Source of the DNA: Chthoniobacterales bacterium
Lineage (GTDB): Bacteria; Verrucomicrobiota; Verrucomicrobiia; Chthoniobacterales; JACTMZ01
Direction: 5' to 3'
NCBI GenBank assembly: GCA_014879535.1
Contig: JACSRX010000037.1
Coordinates: 32,629-96,628 of the forward strand
DNA: 64,000 nt
Every line of letters starts with the position of its first letter. The first letter of the stretch is position 1. Under the pieces are notes generated by a model, which was not told the origin of the DNA, searched no databases, and saw nothing but the letters and a program-made list of their open reading frames with translations. Of the stretch, positions 11,201 through 21,183 are shown one piece after another. Both the position numbers and the translations under genes were made by a program.

Positions 11201-12833
11201 ACCGGGTGTCGGCCTGATTTCGCCGCCACCGCACCACGACATCTACTCGATCGAGGACCTCGCCGAGCTGATCCACGACCTCAAGAACTCCAACCGCCAC
11301 GCCCGCGTTTCGGTCAAGCTCGTCAGCGAGGTCGGTGTCGGCACCGTCGCCGCCGGCGTCTCCAAGGCGCATGCCGACGTCGTGCTCATCAGCGGCTACG
11401 ACGGGGGCACCGGGGCTTCGCCGCTTTCCAGCGTCCAGCATGCCGGCATGCCGTGGGAACTCGGCCTGGCCGAGACGCACCAGACCCTGCTTCTCAACAA
11501 CCTCCGCAGCCGCATCGTGGTCGAGGTGGATGGTCAGCTGAAAACCGGCCGTGACGTGGTCATCGGCGCCCTCCTCGGCGCCGAGGAGTTCGGCTTCGCC
11601 ACGGCGCCGCTCGTCGTCATGGGCTGCATCATGATGCGCGCCTGCCACCTCAACACCTGCCCGGTCGGCGTGGCCACGCAGGACCCCGAGCTGCGCAAGA
11701 AATTCACCGGCGATGCCGACCATGTCGTCAACTTCATGCGCTTCATCGCCACCGAGGTGAGGGAACTCATGGCCAAACTCGGGTTCCGCACGATCAACGA
11801 AATGGTCGGCCAGGTGGACCGCCTCGCCATGCGCAAGGCCGTGGACCACTGGAAGGCCGCGGGCCTCGACTACTCCCGGATTCTCTACGCGCCGGATGTT
11901 CCGGACGATGTGGGGCGTTACTGCACCATGAAGCAGGATCACGGGATCGAGAAGTCGCTCGACATCACGACGCTGCTCAAGATTTGCGAGCCGGCCATCT
12001 CGCGGGGCAGGAAGGTGCACTCGCGGCTCCCGATCAAAAACGTGAACCGCGTGACCGGCACGATCCTCGGCTACGAGATTTCCAAGGCCCACGGCATGGA
12101 GGGTCTCCCCGAGGACACCATCACGCTCGATTTTGTCGGCTCGGCCGGGCAGAGCTTCGGGGCCTTTGCGCCGCGCGGCCTGACCATGCGCCTCGAGGGG
12201 GATGCCAACGATTACGTCGGCAAGGGTCTCAGTGGCGGCAAGATCATCGTCTATCCGCCGTCCGATGCCACGTTTGTCGCCGAGGAGAACATCATCATCG
12301 GCAACGTCGCCTTCTACGGCGCGACAGGGGGCGAGGCCTACATCCGCGGCATGGCCGGCGAGCGGTTCTGCGTCCGCAACAGCGGCGTGAAGGCCGTCGT
12401 TGAGTCCGTGGGCGACCACGGCTGCGAATACATGACCGGCGGGCGTGTCGTCGTGCTCGGCCCGACCGGGCGCAACTTCGCGGCCGGCATGTCCGGAGGC
12501 ATTGCCTACGTCCTCGACACCGCCGGCAATTTCCACACCCGCTGCAATGCCGCCATGGTCGATCTCGATCGTCTCTCCGACCCGCAGGAAATCGCCGAGG
12601 TGAGGGAAATGGTGTCGCGCCATGCCGACCTCACGGGGAGCAAGCGGGCCCACGAGGTGCTCGCTTCCTGGGATGATTTCACGCCGAAATTCGTCAAGGT
12701 GCTGCCCAAGGACTACAAGCGCGTGCTCATGGCCATGGACCGCGTCATTGCCGCCGGTCTCAGCGGCGACGAGGCCGTGATGGCCGCCTTCGAGGAAAAC
12801 GCCCGCGACCTGGCCCGCGTGGGCGGCAACTGA
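8241..12833 (+). CDS. gltB: glutamate synthase large subunit
   Basis: 1530 aa. Begins with the Ntn amidotransferase region (CGVGFV), followed by FMN and GXGXG domains. Full-length GltB-like. Confidence 0.97.
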   Translation: MKQPARQGLYDPQFEHESCGVGFVVNMKGTASHEIVGQGLQILVNLEHRGACGFEENTGDGAGILLQLPHKFLSEVAKEEHITLPPPGEYGVAMVFLPPDKQLRDQIEKRFERVVRAEGQKFLGWRSVPTDNSTLGETAKSEEPEVRMAFVGRNPAIKDELAFERKLFVIRRRLFNEIRYSGTPGGSFFYVPSFSSRTIVYKGMLTPPQVAGYYPDLADPRMESALALVHSRFSTNTFPSWDRAHPYRYVAHNGEINTLRGNVNWMHAREAQLASPLFGDDIEKIKPIIHQDGSDSAMFDNCFEFLVLSGRPLAHAAVMMIPEPWANHNEMPADLRDFYEYHASLMEPWDGPAAVAFTDGTQIGAVLDRNGLRPCRYYVTKDDLVIMASEVGVLDIDPERVESKGRLQPGRIFLVDTKEGRIIADEEIKAELAKAEPYGGWIKENLVTIEDLPDGAEPAHPDHDTVTTKQFAFGYTQEDLNLIIEPMARTAVEPIGSMGNDSPLATLSDKPQLLYNYFKQLFAQVTNPPIDSIREEIVTSTITTLGSEGNLLDPTPESCRQIQLASPVLSNEELEKLRALDRPGFKSATLPILYDVAGGGAALAKALEGLFKEADRQIASGVNILILSDRGLGEAQAAIPALLAVSGLHHHLIENGTRTKIGLVLESGEPREVHHFALLTGYGAGAVNPYLVFESIEDVISRGKLAGIDPKKAVKQYIKAAVKGIVKTMSKMGISTIQSYRGAQIFEAVGLNSEVVDKYFKWTASRIEGLDLEGIAREVEMRHRRAWPGRDYRDEVLDPGGVYKWRHDGEHHAFNPTTIHLLQHACRTGDMDVFRKYSASVNDQSRKLSTLRGLIDFEFPEDGGIPIEQVESVESIMKRFKTGAMSYGSISSEAHETLAIAMNRIGGKSNTGEGGEDPGRYTVMPNGDSKNSAIKQVASGRFGVTSYYLSQARELQIKIVQGAKPGEGGQLPGTKVYPWIAKVRHSTPGVGLISPPPHHDIYSIEDLAELIHDLKNSNRHARVSVKLVSEVGVGTVAAGVSKAHADVVLISGYDGGTGASPLSSVQHAGMPWELGLAETHQTLLLNNLRSRIVVEVDGQLKTGRDVVIGALLGAEEFGFATAPLVVMGCIMMRACHLNTCPVGVATQDPELRKKFTGDADHVVNFMRFIATEVRELMAKLGFRTINEMVGQVDRLAMRKAVDHWKAAGLDYSRILYAPDVPDDVGRYCTMKQDHGIEKSLDITTLLKICEPAISRGRKVHSRLPIKNVNRVTGTILGYEISKAHGMEGLPEDTITLDFVGSAGQSFGAFAPRGLTMRLEGDANDYVGKGLSGGKIIVYPPSDATFVAEENIIIGNVAFYGATGGEAYIRGMAGERFCVRNSGVKAVVESVGDHGCEYMTGGRVVVLGPTGRNFAAGMSGGIAYVLDTAGNFHTRCNAAMVDLDRLSDPQEIAEVREMVSRHADLTGSKRAHEVLASWDDFTPKFVKVLPKDYKRVLMAMDRVIAAGLSGDEAVMAAFEENARDLARVGGN

Positions 12834-12841
12834 TTCACCAC

Positions 12842-14326
<1,485 letters not shown>

Positions 14327-14443
14327 GGAGTTGAGAGATGACAGTTGAGGGTTGAGGGCAAGCCGCTTGTCGCGATGCCGTGCAACCTGGCGAGATTGGC
14401 TTTGCCCTGCGCGGGCGATTGCCTGATGGTTCCAGCCATGCCC

Positions 14444-14528
14444 GCCGGCGTGGCGAAATGGCAGACGCAACGGACTTAAAATCCGTTGGGAGGAAACTCC
14501 CGTGCGGGTTCAAGTCCCGCCGCCGGCA
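14444..14528 (+). tRNA. tRNA-Leu (anticodon TAA), class II with long variable arm
   Basis: Hand fold. Acceptor GCCGGCG/CGCCGGC. Anticodon stem ACGGA/TCCGT with loop CTTAAAA. Variable arm GGGAG-GAAA-CTCCC. T-arm GCGGG-TTCAAGT-CCCGC. Discriminator A. CCA is not encoded. Confidence 0.9.
14461..14528 (+). repeat. attL-side direct repeat (3' 68 nt of tRNA-Leu)
   Basis: Recurs at 44016-44083 with 2 mismatches (positions 14465 and 14474). 14475-14528 is identical to 44030-44083. Confidence 0.85.
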
Positions 14529-14595
14529 CTGTATTTATCAGGGTTTACGGGCGTTTTTGGTGGTCGAGTTAAAGGAAATTTTCGGGGGTATGTTT

Positions 14596-14612
14596 TTCCA
14601 CTTTTTTCCACT
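14596..14612 (+). promoter_or_regulatory. putative integrase arm-type site (TTCCACTTTTTTCCACT), left arm
   Basis: This 17-nt motif holds a tandem TTCCACT. It recurs 16/17 at 43982-43998 in the same orientation. Both copies lie within 70 nt of the att core. Confidence 0.4.
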
Positions 14613-14932
14613 CAAGAAACCGCACCTAGTGACCAAAGCCCAAGGGCTTGCGGCTACAATGAATCTGCAAAAAATCAGGCGAACGGGGGTGCCCATGGTT
14701 AAGGCCGCTCCCTTGCCGTGACGATGGGGCTCACTTGAAGTTTGTTTGTCTGAACTTTGCGGTTCGCCCGAGGATGGCCGTGAGGCTGTGATAGCTTGCC
14801 TCGGTCGTTTTCGGGAGATTGACTCTTTACTGCCGTTCACGGCCGGCCCCCCCGTCTCCATTGTGGGAGCGGGGCCTTCTTCATGCGGGAAATTTGTGGT
14901 TGGGCATGTGGATCGCGGAGGCCGAGGAATTG

Positions 14933-15904
14933 CTATCGGCCTTCCTCGAAGTCGAGGTGGGTGTCAGAGCGTGCAACAGGCAGGTCGAAGACGGACTTGA
15001 GCTGCACCTCTAACTCCAGCACTCCATGAGAGACCAGTTTTCTTGTGGTCTCGGCCAAGGGGTCCAGAGTTGTGACGTGGGTGGTTGTCAGGAGGATGTG
15101 GATGGTTTCTGATTTGGGCGGCATCTCGCCTGTGAGGGGAGTAAACTCGCCATCGAAGACCATTTTCCACGAATCGACCTTGGCGACCCCTTGGGCTTGG
15201 TCGAAGAGACCCTCGAACTGAAGGCGACCGCGCTTGTAGCCTCTTGTTTTTTTCGAGATTGCGCCGAGTTGAAGCTTGGCGCCGTGCGGCTCTTCTGGGG
15301 ATGAGCAGTCGAACTCCACTTGCCAAGCTCGGTCGTATTTCTCGGCCTCATCGAGGCTGTCCCAAGTTTTCCTCAATATAGTGGCTAAAGGTAGCTTTTG
15401 TTTGCTCCGGATGTCATGGAAAGTGTCTTCGTCGGTGATTTGGCATTTTGTCCCATCCTTGAGAACCAGTTGAGCGAGCGTTGGAGTCAAGTCCCAGATT
15501 TCAAAGACTGCATGGGTAAGAAGTCCGCTTGGCCACCTAGGGGTGAGGGTGTCCTCGTATTTGTAGAGGGTGATGCCAAGTGCATCTGCCGTGGCAAATG
15601 CGGCCTTGGAGAAGCCCTTGGTGGAAACCATGATGGCCGCGTGTGCGCCGACATCTGCCTTGACGGAGTTGAAGGCTTCAACGGCTTTGACATCGACCTT
15701 CCGAGTCCATTTCTTGCATTCGACGATGATCAAAATTTTCTCGGTTCCGATGGTTGCCCGGATGGTTGCGTCAATCTGTCGCTTGGTCTTGGAGTTTTTG
15801 CCTTGTATGTGCTCGTTTTTGGTGACTTTGCCCGTAGTGGCGAAGTTCTTCTGGAGGCGAGCAACGAGAGCCTCGAATTGTTGCCAAGAGATGCCGCCCG
15901 CCAT
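14933..15904 (-). CDS. Mrr-like (PD-(D/E)xK) restriction endonuclease domain protein with unknown C-terminal domain
   Basis: 323 aa. The N-terminal third carries the Mrr_cat pattern: QIDATIR ... ILIIVECKKW ... AAIMVSTKGFSKAAFATADALGITLY. I did not recognise the C-terminal ~200 aa. Confidence 0.65.
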   Translation of the reverse strand: MAGGISWQQFEALVARLQKNFATTGKVTKNEHIQGKNSKTKRQIDATIRATIGTEKILIIVECKKWTRKVDVKAVEAFNSVKADVGAHAAIMVSTKGFSKAAFATADALGITLYKYEDTLTPRWPSGLLTHAVFEIWDLTPTLAQLVLKDGTKCQITDEDTFHDIRSKQKLPLATILRKTWDSLDEAEKYDRAWQVEFDCSSPEEPHGAKLQLGAISKKTRGYKRGRLQFEGLFDQAQGVAKVDSWKMVFDGEFTPLTGEMPPKSETIHILLTTTHVTTLDPLAETTRKLVSHGVLELEVQLKSVFDLPVARSDTHLDFEEGR

Positions 15905-15916
15905 ACGACTTCAACC

Positions 15917-16081
15917 TCACTTCCGTTTGGTCTTCAACGTCTTGGTCGTCGGGGCCAAAGGTGTAACTACCTGCTGACGGTCGACTCCGTAGGTGGTGAA
16001 AAGCTCGCCCCAGAATGATTTGGCCTCTGCTTCTTCCCATTTCTCAGCGAAGTGGGCCAACCGGTCGTGGATTTCGTTCAT
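15917..16081 (-). pseudogene. N-terminal remnant of an MmeI/PglX-type (type IIG/L) restriction-modification enzyme
   Basis: Own translation of a 54-codon ORF gives MNEIHDRLAHFAEKWEEAEAKSFWGELFTTYGVDRQQVVTPLAPTTKTLKTKRK*. Compare my recollection of the MmeI N-terminus: WNEIRRKAIEFSKRWEDA..QAKPFLIDFFEVFGI..RV. The ORF is followed by two in-frame stops and then the Mrr-like start. Confidence 0.45.
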
Positions 16082-16326
16082 TAAAAGCGTGGATGGTATA
16101 ACGACGCAGCGTGTTTTACGGGGCCATTGTCGTTTCTCAGGCCTGCATTCCTATCGGTCAAGGGTTAGCGGTCGTATGGCATACTTTTTCATTCCGTTTG
16201 GCGCTTGGGAGCTTTGATGGTGACGATGGCTTTGTATCCGCGTTCGGCGATCGTTAGCCAACTTTTCGGGACTGCCATGGTGAGATTCCCTTTCGGGGCC
16301 AGCAACCAGAGGTTTTGGGAAGGGTT

Positions 16327-19300
16327 CTAGTCGGTTGCCGTGGGGTTCTGGCCATCTTCAAGGAGTCGGTATTCCAGTCGTCCGAGGCGGATAAGATGGT
16401 CCTGCACTTCTCTGGCTTTGTGCACGACATCCGGAAGCCCGCTATTGAGAGCGATGCGCAGGATGGTCTTGGCCTTGTCTTCCTGACCCCACCAAGGTGG
16501 AGTTTTCTTGGGGCCGAACGTCAGCATGTGTAGGCAGGCCAAAGCCTGAACCGGATGCGTCGAGACCTGCTTGGCCAAAAAATCGAAAGGCAACAACTGG
16601 TGTTCAAAATCTGAACCAGAGAGCAGAGTCAAAACTTGCAATAGTCTCCGTAGCGTCCATTCCGGCGGCAGCTTCTCAGAATCTGCCCAACGCACGATGC
16701 CTCGGAGTTCCCGCGTCTCGGGGGAGTGGGGCTGCTCGTCTTTGAGTGCGGCGATACGCCAATCGGCGAGGTCCATGAACCGCTTGGCTACCGGCGCGGG
16801 CAATGGCCCTTCCGTCTTGTGAAGGACCCGTGCGATGTAACGAAAAACGTATTCCCGTAGGCTCGTGGTGGCAGTCTCGAAGAAGGTGGTAAGCAGCGAG
16901 GGAGAGTCAATCGGTTCGTATCCCCACCAATAGTAGGCGCAAAGGTGGTGTATCAAACCCTTCTGTGGGCACCAATCGGAACTTGGCTTATCTACCAACT
17001 CAGATCGGCATGCTTCGATGGCGCGCCCATATTCGGATCGAAGGACTTCCAAGGCAGCTTTGGAAGGTCTGCACATGGTGACGAAACAGTTCCAGATGGC
17101 GTCACGTTTATCCGAGTCGGCCCGAGGGAAGAATGACGCCAGACGACTTTCGAGCCACATGCGGTGGTGTCTGAGGAACCAGTTCATCCGCTCCCCGAAC
17201 ACGCTTCGGCCGCCTAAGGACGGTTCCTTGCGGAGGACTTTTTCCAGAGTTTGCAGCACTTCCGACGAGTCAGTGATCTCCCCTCGACGCAGCCACCGGT
17301 CGTAGGCGAAGACGCACCGCAGGGCAATGGGACGGGGGGTGTTGAGCGAGGTCGAGGATAGCTGTTCTGGGAGGGGTTCTTTCTCTTCTGCCTTGGGAGT
17401 CGGGTCAGGATGCTTCAAGAATGCCTCAATGCACTTGAAGACGAGCGACCGATGATCACGAGGAGGCCGATTATTGTCCAAGGCAACCTCAATGGCGCGG
17501 ATAAGAGTTATGCCGAGGCTTTTTTCACGATCATTGGCGTCCCCCTCTGCATGCGGGATGACCTTTTCCTGCACCGCTTTCTCCGTCGCCTCAAGTAATA
17601 CCATCCAATCAACCGATAAGTCTTCGTTGGCAACTTCCCAGAGGCCTTCGAGAAGAGCGGCATAGCGCGCGGGACTCAATTTATCGTATTCATTAATTTG
17701 CGCCAAAATCTTCGCTGAATGTTGCTTGGAGGCCGCTTTGAGAGCTCCTAAAAGTCCCGCTTCGGAGGGGCCATCATAAGGGTCTTTCTCGCGCCAGTGC
17801 GCCAACTCTCCGACGAGACTTGCAGCTGGCATCTTCACAATTTCTTCAGCCGTTTTGGGGCTGTGTTGCTGGACGATCCACGTTCCCCCGGACGACTGGT
17901 AGTGAAATTCGATGGGCTCCACGCTATTCAGTCCTTCACAGAGATCCGGGTGCGCGGCCTTCCAGTCCACCGGTATGCTGTCCTTGATGATCGCGAGCTT
18001 TTGGCGCCAGCGGTCTGCTTTCCACTGATCTAGTTCTTGAGACGTCGGACTCCGGCCATGGTTGACATCCTTGTAGTAGCTGATCGCCACCGAAAGGTCC
18101 GGCTCTGTAATGATCCAGTCTAGGATAGCGTGTTGGTCTCCTTTGGAAAGATGGCGAAATTGCTCGCGGAGTAGAAGCGACCACTCGTGCCAAGCTTCGG
18201 TGCCATTTCTTACCTCATTGTCAAATAGGCAACTTCGGATCTGCTCTCTTCCTGCCGCCTCTGGATTTGTGCGAAGCAGATGAATGCGGATGCGTTTGAA
18301 AATCATCCAATGAGAGACCGTAAGCACTTCCTCGATTGTCGAGAACTCCACCTGCTGCTGAGAGAGAGTTGCCTCCGCTAGATCGCGGATGGCTGAAATC
18401 AAGATTCCTCTTTGATCCTCGTGGTGATTCTGCTCGCTGTCCTCAACGGAACCTCGCCAGAATACGGATCCATCGTAGCTGCCCCGCTCTTCCATCTCGT
18501 CTGGCCAAGTCCTGTTTCGGATGTTCTCGGAAAGAGCAACGACGAAGAGGCGGAGCAGCGACAGACGGTCTTGGGGCTGGACGAAGTTGAGTAGCTGGGT
18601 GACGAAATCCTGCGTGGAATCTGAGTCTAGCGTGGGTTCCGGCTCGGGCGAAAGCAGGCTCAATGCCATCTGCTCTGTCTCGCGCTGAGTCTCCTTCTCC
18701 TCCAGCCGAGGATCAGGATGGGCTTTGAGCGCAGCACCGATGAGCCGCTCGACCTCTGGGGTGATCCCTCCTTGCACGATTGGTCCAACGAATTCAACCA
18801 AGGCGCGACTGAGAATAAAGGATCCTCGCCTTGCCTCGATCCACGTTGTTGCCAAACCGACGAAGGTTTCGCGGCTTTGATCAGGAAGTTTCAGTGCGAG
18901 GTGCAAGAGCTGATGGCGAACCCAGTCATCATCCAGTTTCGCAAGCAGGAGTGCCGCCTCGGCAACATCATCAGTGGCGTCAGCCACAAGTCTGAGGAGG
19001 AGGTCCACTTCAGGGGTGCCCGCGTTGGAATGATCGACTTGGGGACCATTCGGTGATTCGGGATCGAACCATCCGGCCTCAACAAGTATCGGCAGCCATG
19101 AGGCGTTCCGTATGGCCGCGAAGAAAGCGGAGCGGTCGTGGTGGCCGTCCACCATCGTCCGGATGATGTGGAGAGTCTCCGGTGTGGGATTTCTGCCAGT
19201 CTCTGCCACGACCCTTTCGATTTGTTGAAGTTTCTCCGGCTCACTGGGGCGGAGGTAACGAAGCAGCAGCAGCTCCAATTGGTCTAGCAGTCGCAGCAGC

Positions 19301-19878
19301 TCTTCCTCAGTAGAGGCTTTGTGGTGTGCAATTGGTTTGAGGCTGGAGAGGATCTCATGCCATTCTTGTCGATCCCGCTCGAATGTATTTGGAGGTTTTC
19401 TCCGGCGCTGGAGACGATCAAGAGCCGTGCCAGCTCGCTCGATCCCAAGAGGACGATGTGTATCAAACCATTCAATAAATTGGCCAAAGTTTGCCACGAA
19501 AGGCTCAAGTGAGGGGGCATCTCCAATTGTATGACCCTCTTGGGCCTCCTTTTGGAGATTTAGCCATGGCTTCCTGACAAGTCTCTCCAACTGCTCATGC
19601 ATCTTTAGGTTGCTTTTCGAAGGACCTTTCGACCATGTGAATGCCAGATCCATCACTTCCCGCAGGCAGTGAGCTGCTATTGCGATGTAGTCGTGCGATT
19701 TGTCATGAAGCGCCCCAAGAGCGCCGAGATAGATTTTAGGGAGCCTTTCATCATGGGCTTCAAGAAGGCGGAGAAGGACTAGCTGCCGGGGAGTGAGGAC
19801 ATGTGAACCGAGTCTGACTTCGTGGTTAGCTTCCGGTGTGGGGAAGCTGCTCTCTGCGTCTTCTTCGGGGGCGGTCAT
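16327..19878 (-). CDS. large (1183 aa) predicted all-alpha protein, function unknown
   Basis: Long uninterrupted ORF with an ATG start. Helix-rich, Leu/Arg/Glu-rich sequence with no enzymatic motif I can assign. Sits between the XRE regulator and the nuclease genes on the same strand. Confidence 0.7.
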   Translation of the reverse strand: MTAPEEDAESSFPTPEANHEVRLGSHVLTPRQLVLLRLLEAHDERLPKIYLGALGALHDKSHDYIAIAAHCLREVMDLAFTWSKGPSKSNLKMHEQLERLVRKPWLNLQKEAQEGHTIGDAPSLEPFVANFGQFIEWFDTHRPLGIERAGTALDRLQRRRKPPNTFERDRQEWHEILSSLKPIAHHKASTEEELLRLLDQLELLLLRYLRPSEPEKLQQIERVVAETGRNPTPETLHIIRTMVDGHHDRSAFFAAIRNASWLPILVEAGWFDPESPNGPQVDHSNAGTPEVDLLLRLVADATDDVAEAALLLAKLDDDWVRHQLLHLALKLPDQSRETFVGLATTWIEARRGSFILSRALVEFVGPIVQGGITPEVERLIGAALKAHPDPRLEEKETQRETEQMALSLLSPEPEPTLDSDSTQDFVTQLLNFVQPQDRLSLLRLFVVALSENIRNRTWPDEMEERGSYDGSVFWRGSVEDSEQNHHEDQRGILISAIRDLAEATLSQQQVEFSTIEEVLTVSHWMIFKRIRIHLLRTNPEAAGREQIRSCLFDNEVRNGTEAWHEWSLLLREQFRHLSKGDQHAILDWIITEPDLSVAISYYKDVNHGRSPTSQELDQWKADRWRQKLAIIKDSIPVDWKAAHPDLCEGLNSVEPIEFHYQSSGGTWIVQQHSPKTAEEIVKMPAASLVGELAHWREKDPYDGPSEAGLLGALKAASKQHSAKILAQINEYDKLSPARYAALLEGLWEVANEDLSVDWMVLLEATEKAVQEKVIPHAEGDANDREKSLGITLIRAIEVALDNNRPPRDHRSLVFKCIEAFLKHPDPTPKAEEKEPLPEQLSSTSLNTPRPIALRCVFAYDRWLRRGEITDSSEVLQTLEKVLRKEPSLGGRSVFGERMNWFLRHHRMWLESRLASFFPRADSDKRDAIWNCFVTMCRPSKAALEVLRSEYGRAIEACRSELVDKPSSDWCPQKGLIHHLCAYYWWGYEPIDSPSLLTTFFETATTSLREYVFRYIARVLHKTEGPLPAPVAKRFMDLADWRIAALKDEQPHSPETRELRGIVRWADSEKLPPEWTLRRLLQVLTLLSGSDFEHQLLPFDFLAKQVSTHPVQALACLHMLTFGPKKTPPWWGQEDKAKTILRIALNSGLPDVVHKAREVQDHLIRLGRLEYRLLEDGQNPTATD

Positions 19879-19963
19879 CTTAAGCCAAGAATAAGGGAAG
19901 TTCCGGGATTTGGGAAATGCTCAGACCTCCCTTAGCCAACTCCTCGGGAATCTTTGTCAGATT

Positions 19964-20209
19964 CTAACTCTCAAGAATTAGAAGCCTCGCCCGCAGGACT
20001 TTCAACAGAGCAAGCAGCTCCAAATCGGTCAGTGTCCGGCGTTGAGCCTCGATGTGGCCAAGGTTAGTTTCCGACAGCTCCCACCCTTGAACGCCAAGCT
20101 TGGCAGCAACTTGGGCTTGCGTCAGGCCCTTTGCCCGCCGCAGGGCTTTCAACTTCGGGCCGAACGCATTTTTCTTGCCGGTCTCCTTGCCAACAGGTTT
20201 GCGAGGCAT
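19964..20209 (-). CDS. XRE-family helix-turn-helix transcriptional regulator
   Basis: HTH_3 pattern: LKALRRAKGLTQAQVAAKLGVQGWELSETNLGHIEAQRR. ATG at 20209 is preferred over the TTG at 20230 given in the track. Confidence 0.75.
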   Translation of the reverse strand: MPRKPVGKETGKKNAFGPKLKALRRAKGLTQAQVAAKLGVQGWELSETNLGHIEAQRRTLTDLELLALLKVLRARLLILES

Positions 20210-20273
20210 CCTCTTAAGCCTACCTGTCAACTTCCTTCTTGAGCCTATTCATGGATAGGGTAAGAAACGCCGG

Positions 20274-21164
20274 ATGCAAAAGGGCTTGTCGGCGTTGTCT
20301 CTGGCATTGTGGGCCTGTTTATCAGCTTTCCCGGCATTGTCGGCGGGAGCCGAGAAATGGGAGAAGCTTGAAAGCTGCCGCCTGAACGAAACCGCATATT
20401 TTGACGGCGATTCGTTCAGCGTGTTTCACGCAGGCGGCGAACTCATCGTGCGTCTGTATTTTGTGGACTCCCCGGAGACGGACGAAAGCTTTCCCGACCG
20501 TGTAAGGACGCAGGCCGGGCACTTTGGCAAGAGCGTCGAGGAAACTCTCCATGTCGGCAGCTACGCGAAGCAAGCCACAGCACAGCTCCTTTCCCGCCCC
20601 TTCACGGTCTTGACCAAATACCAAGATGCAAAAGGCCAAAGCGCCATGCCTCGACACTTCGCCTTTGTCACTACCGCAGACGGGAAGGACCTCGCTGAGA
20701 TCCTCGTGGCAAACGGGCTGGCGCGTTCGTATGGAGAGATTGCGGCGCCGCAGGGAAAGAACGCGGCCGCGCTGAAAGCCAAATATGATCGTTTGGATGA
20801 CAAGGCGAGGCGGTCAAAGTTTGGGCTTTATTCCCCACAGCCACTAACGGCGATTTCCCACGGGAAAGATCTTCAACTCGACAAACTGACCTTGGCGGAA
20901 GCGCAGGCGAAGGCGGCACCAATCCCGGCGCCTCAGGTTGCCAAGGCGCCTATGTCTGCGTCCGTCGGAATATCGCCGTCCACAGTTCCGGCTTCCGCGC
21001 CGAACCACGGCATGCCGTGGACAGCGGAGCAGGAGCAGACCTTGAGGGATTGCCTCGGCAAAGGCGTAACGGTTGAAGACATAGCCGCCGAGCTTGGTCG
21101 GACGCCCGTGGCCATCCTCGCCCGAATCCGCAAGTTGGGACTGCCGGAGCCGGGCCTTCCATGA
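20274..21164 (+). CDS. secreted staphylococcal-nuclease (SNase)-like protein with C-terminal GcrA-like HTH domain
   Basis: Signal peptide MQKGLSALSLALWACLSAFPALSAGA. SNase pattern DGDSFSV...VRLYFVDSPET. The C-terminus MPWTAEQEQTLRDCLGKGVTVEDIAAELGRTPVAILARIRKLGL aligns with my recollection of the GcrA N-terminal domain (MSWTDERV..LKKLW..GLSASQIA..LGGVTRNAVIGKVHRLGL). Confidence 0.65.
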   Translation: MQKGLSALSLALWACLSAFPALSAGAEKWEKLESCRLNETAYFDGDSFSVFHAGGELIVRLYFVDSPETDESFPDRVRTQAGHFGKSVEETLHVGSYAKQATAQLLSRPFTVLTKYQDAKGQSAMPRHFAFVTTADGKDLAEILVANGLARSYGEIAAPQGKNAAALKAKYDRLDDKARRSKFGLYSPQPLTAISHGKDLQLDKLTLAEAQAKAAPIPAPQVAKAPMSASVGISPSTVPASAPNHGMPWTAEQEQTLRDCLGKGVTVEDIAAELGRTPVAILARIRKLGLPEPGLP

Positions 21165-21183
21165 CCAAACACGACCCGAATTG

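Noticed and set aside
14331-14362. Short GTTGAG reiterations (GAGTTGAGAGATGACAGTTGAGGGTTGAGGG) between gltD and tRNA-Leu.
   Set aside because: There are only three short, imperfect copies in 30 nt and no associated structure. This is probably chance or a minor promoter-region feature.
16189-16278. 29-codon minus-strand ORF (MAVPKSWLTIAERGYKAIVTIKAPKRQTE) between the 1183-aa gene and the MmeI-like remnant.
   Set aside because: It is too short and featureless to support. It may be another gene fragment, but I have no evidence for that.
16327-19878. R-x4-H strings in the 1183-aa protein (aa 37-42, 321-326, 1156-1161), considered as evidence for a dual-HEPN RNase in the manner of Cas13.
   Set aside because: Such hexapeptides are expected by chance in a long Arg/His-rich helical protein. 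There is no CRISPR array or other supporting context. They are mentioned only as a weak hint in the findings.
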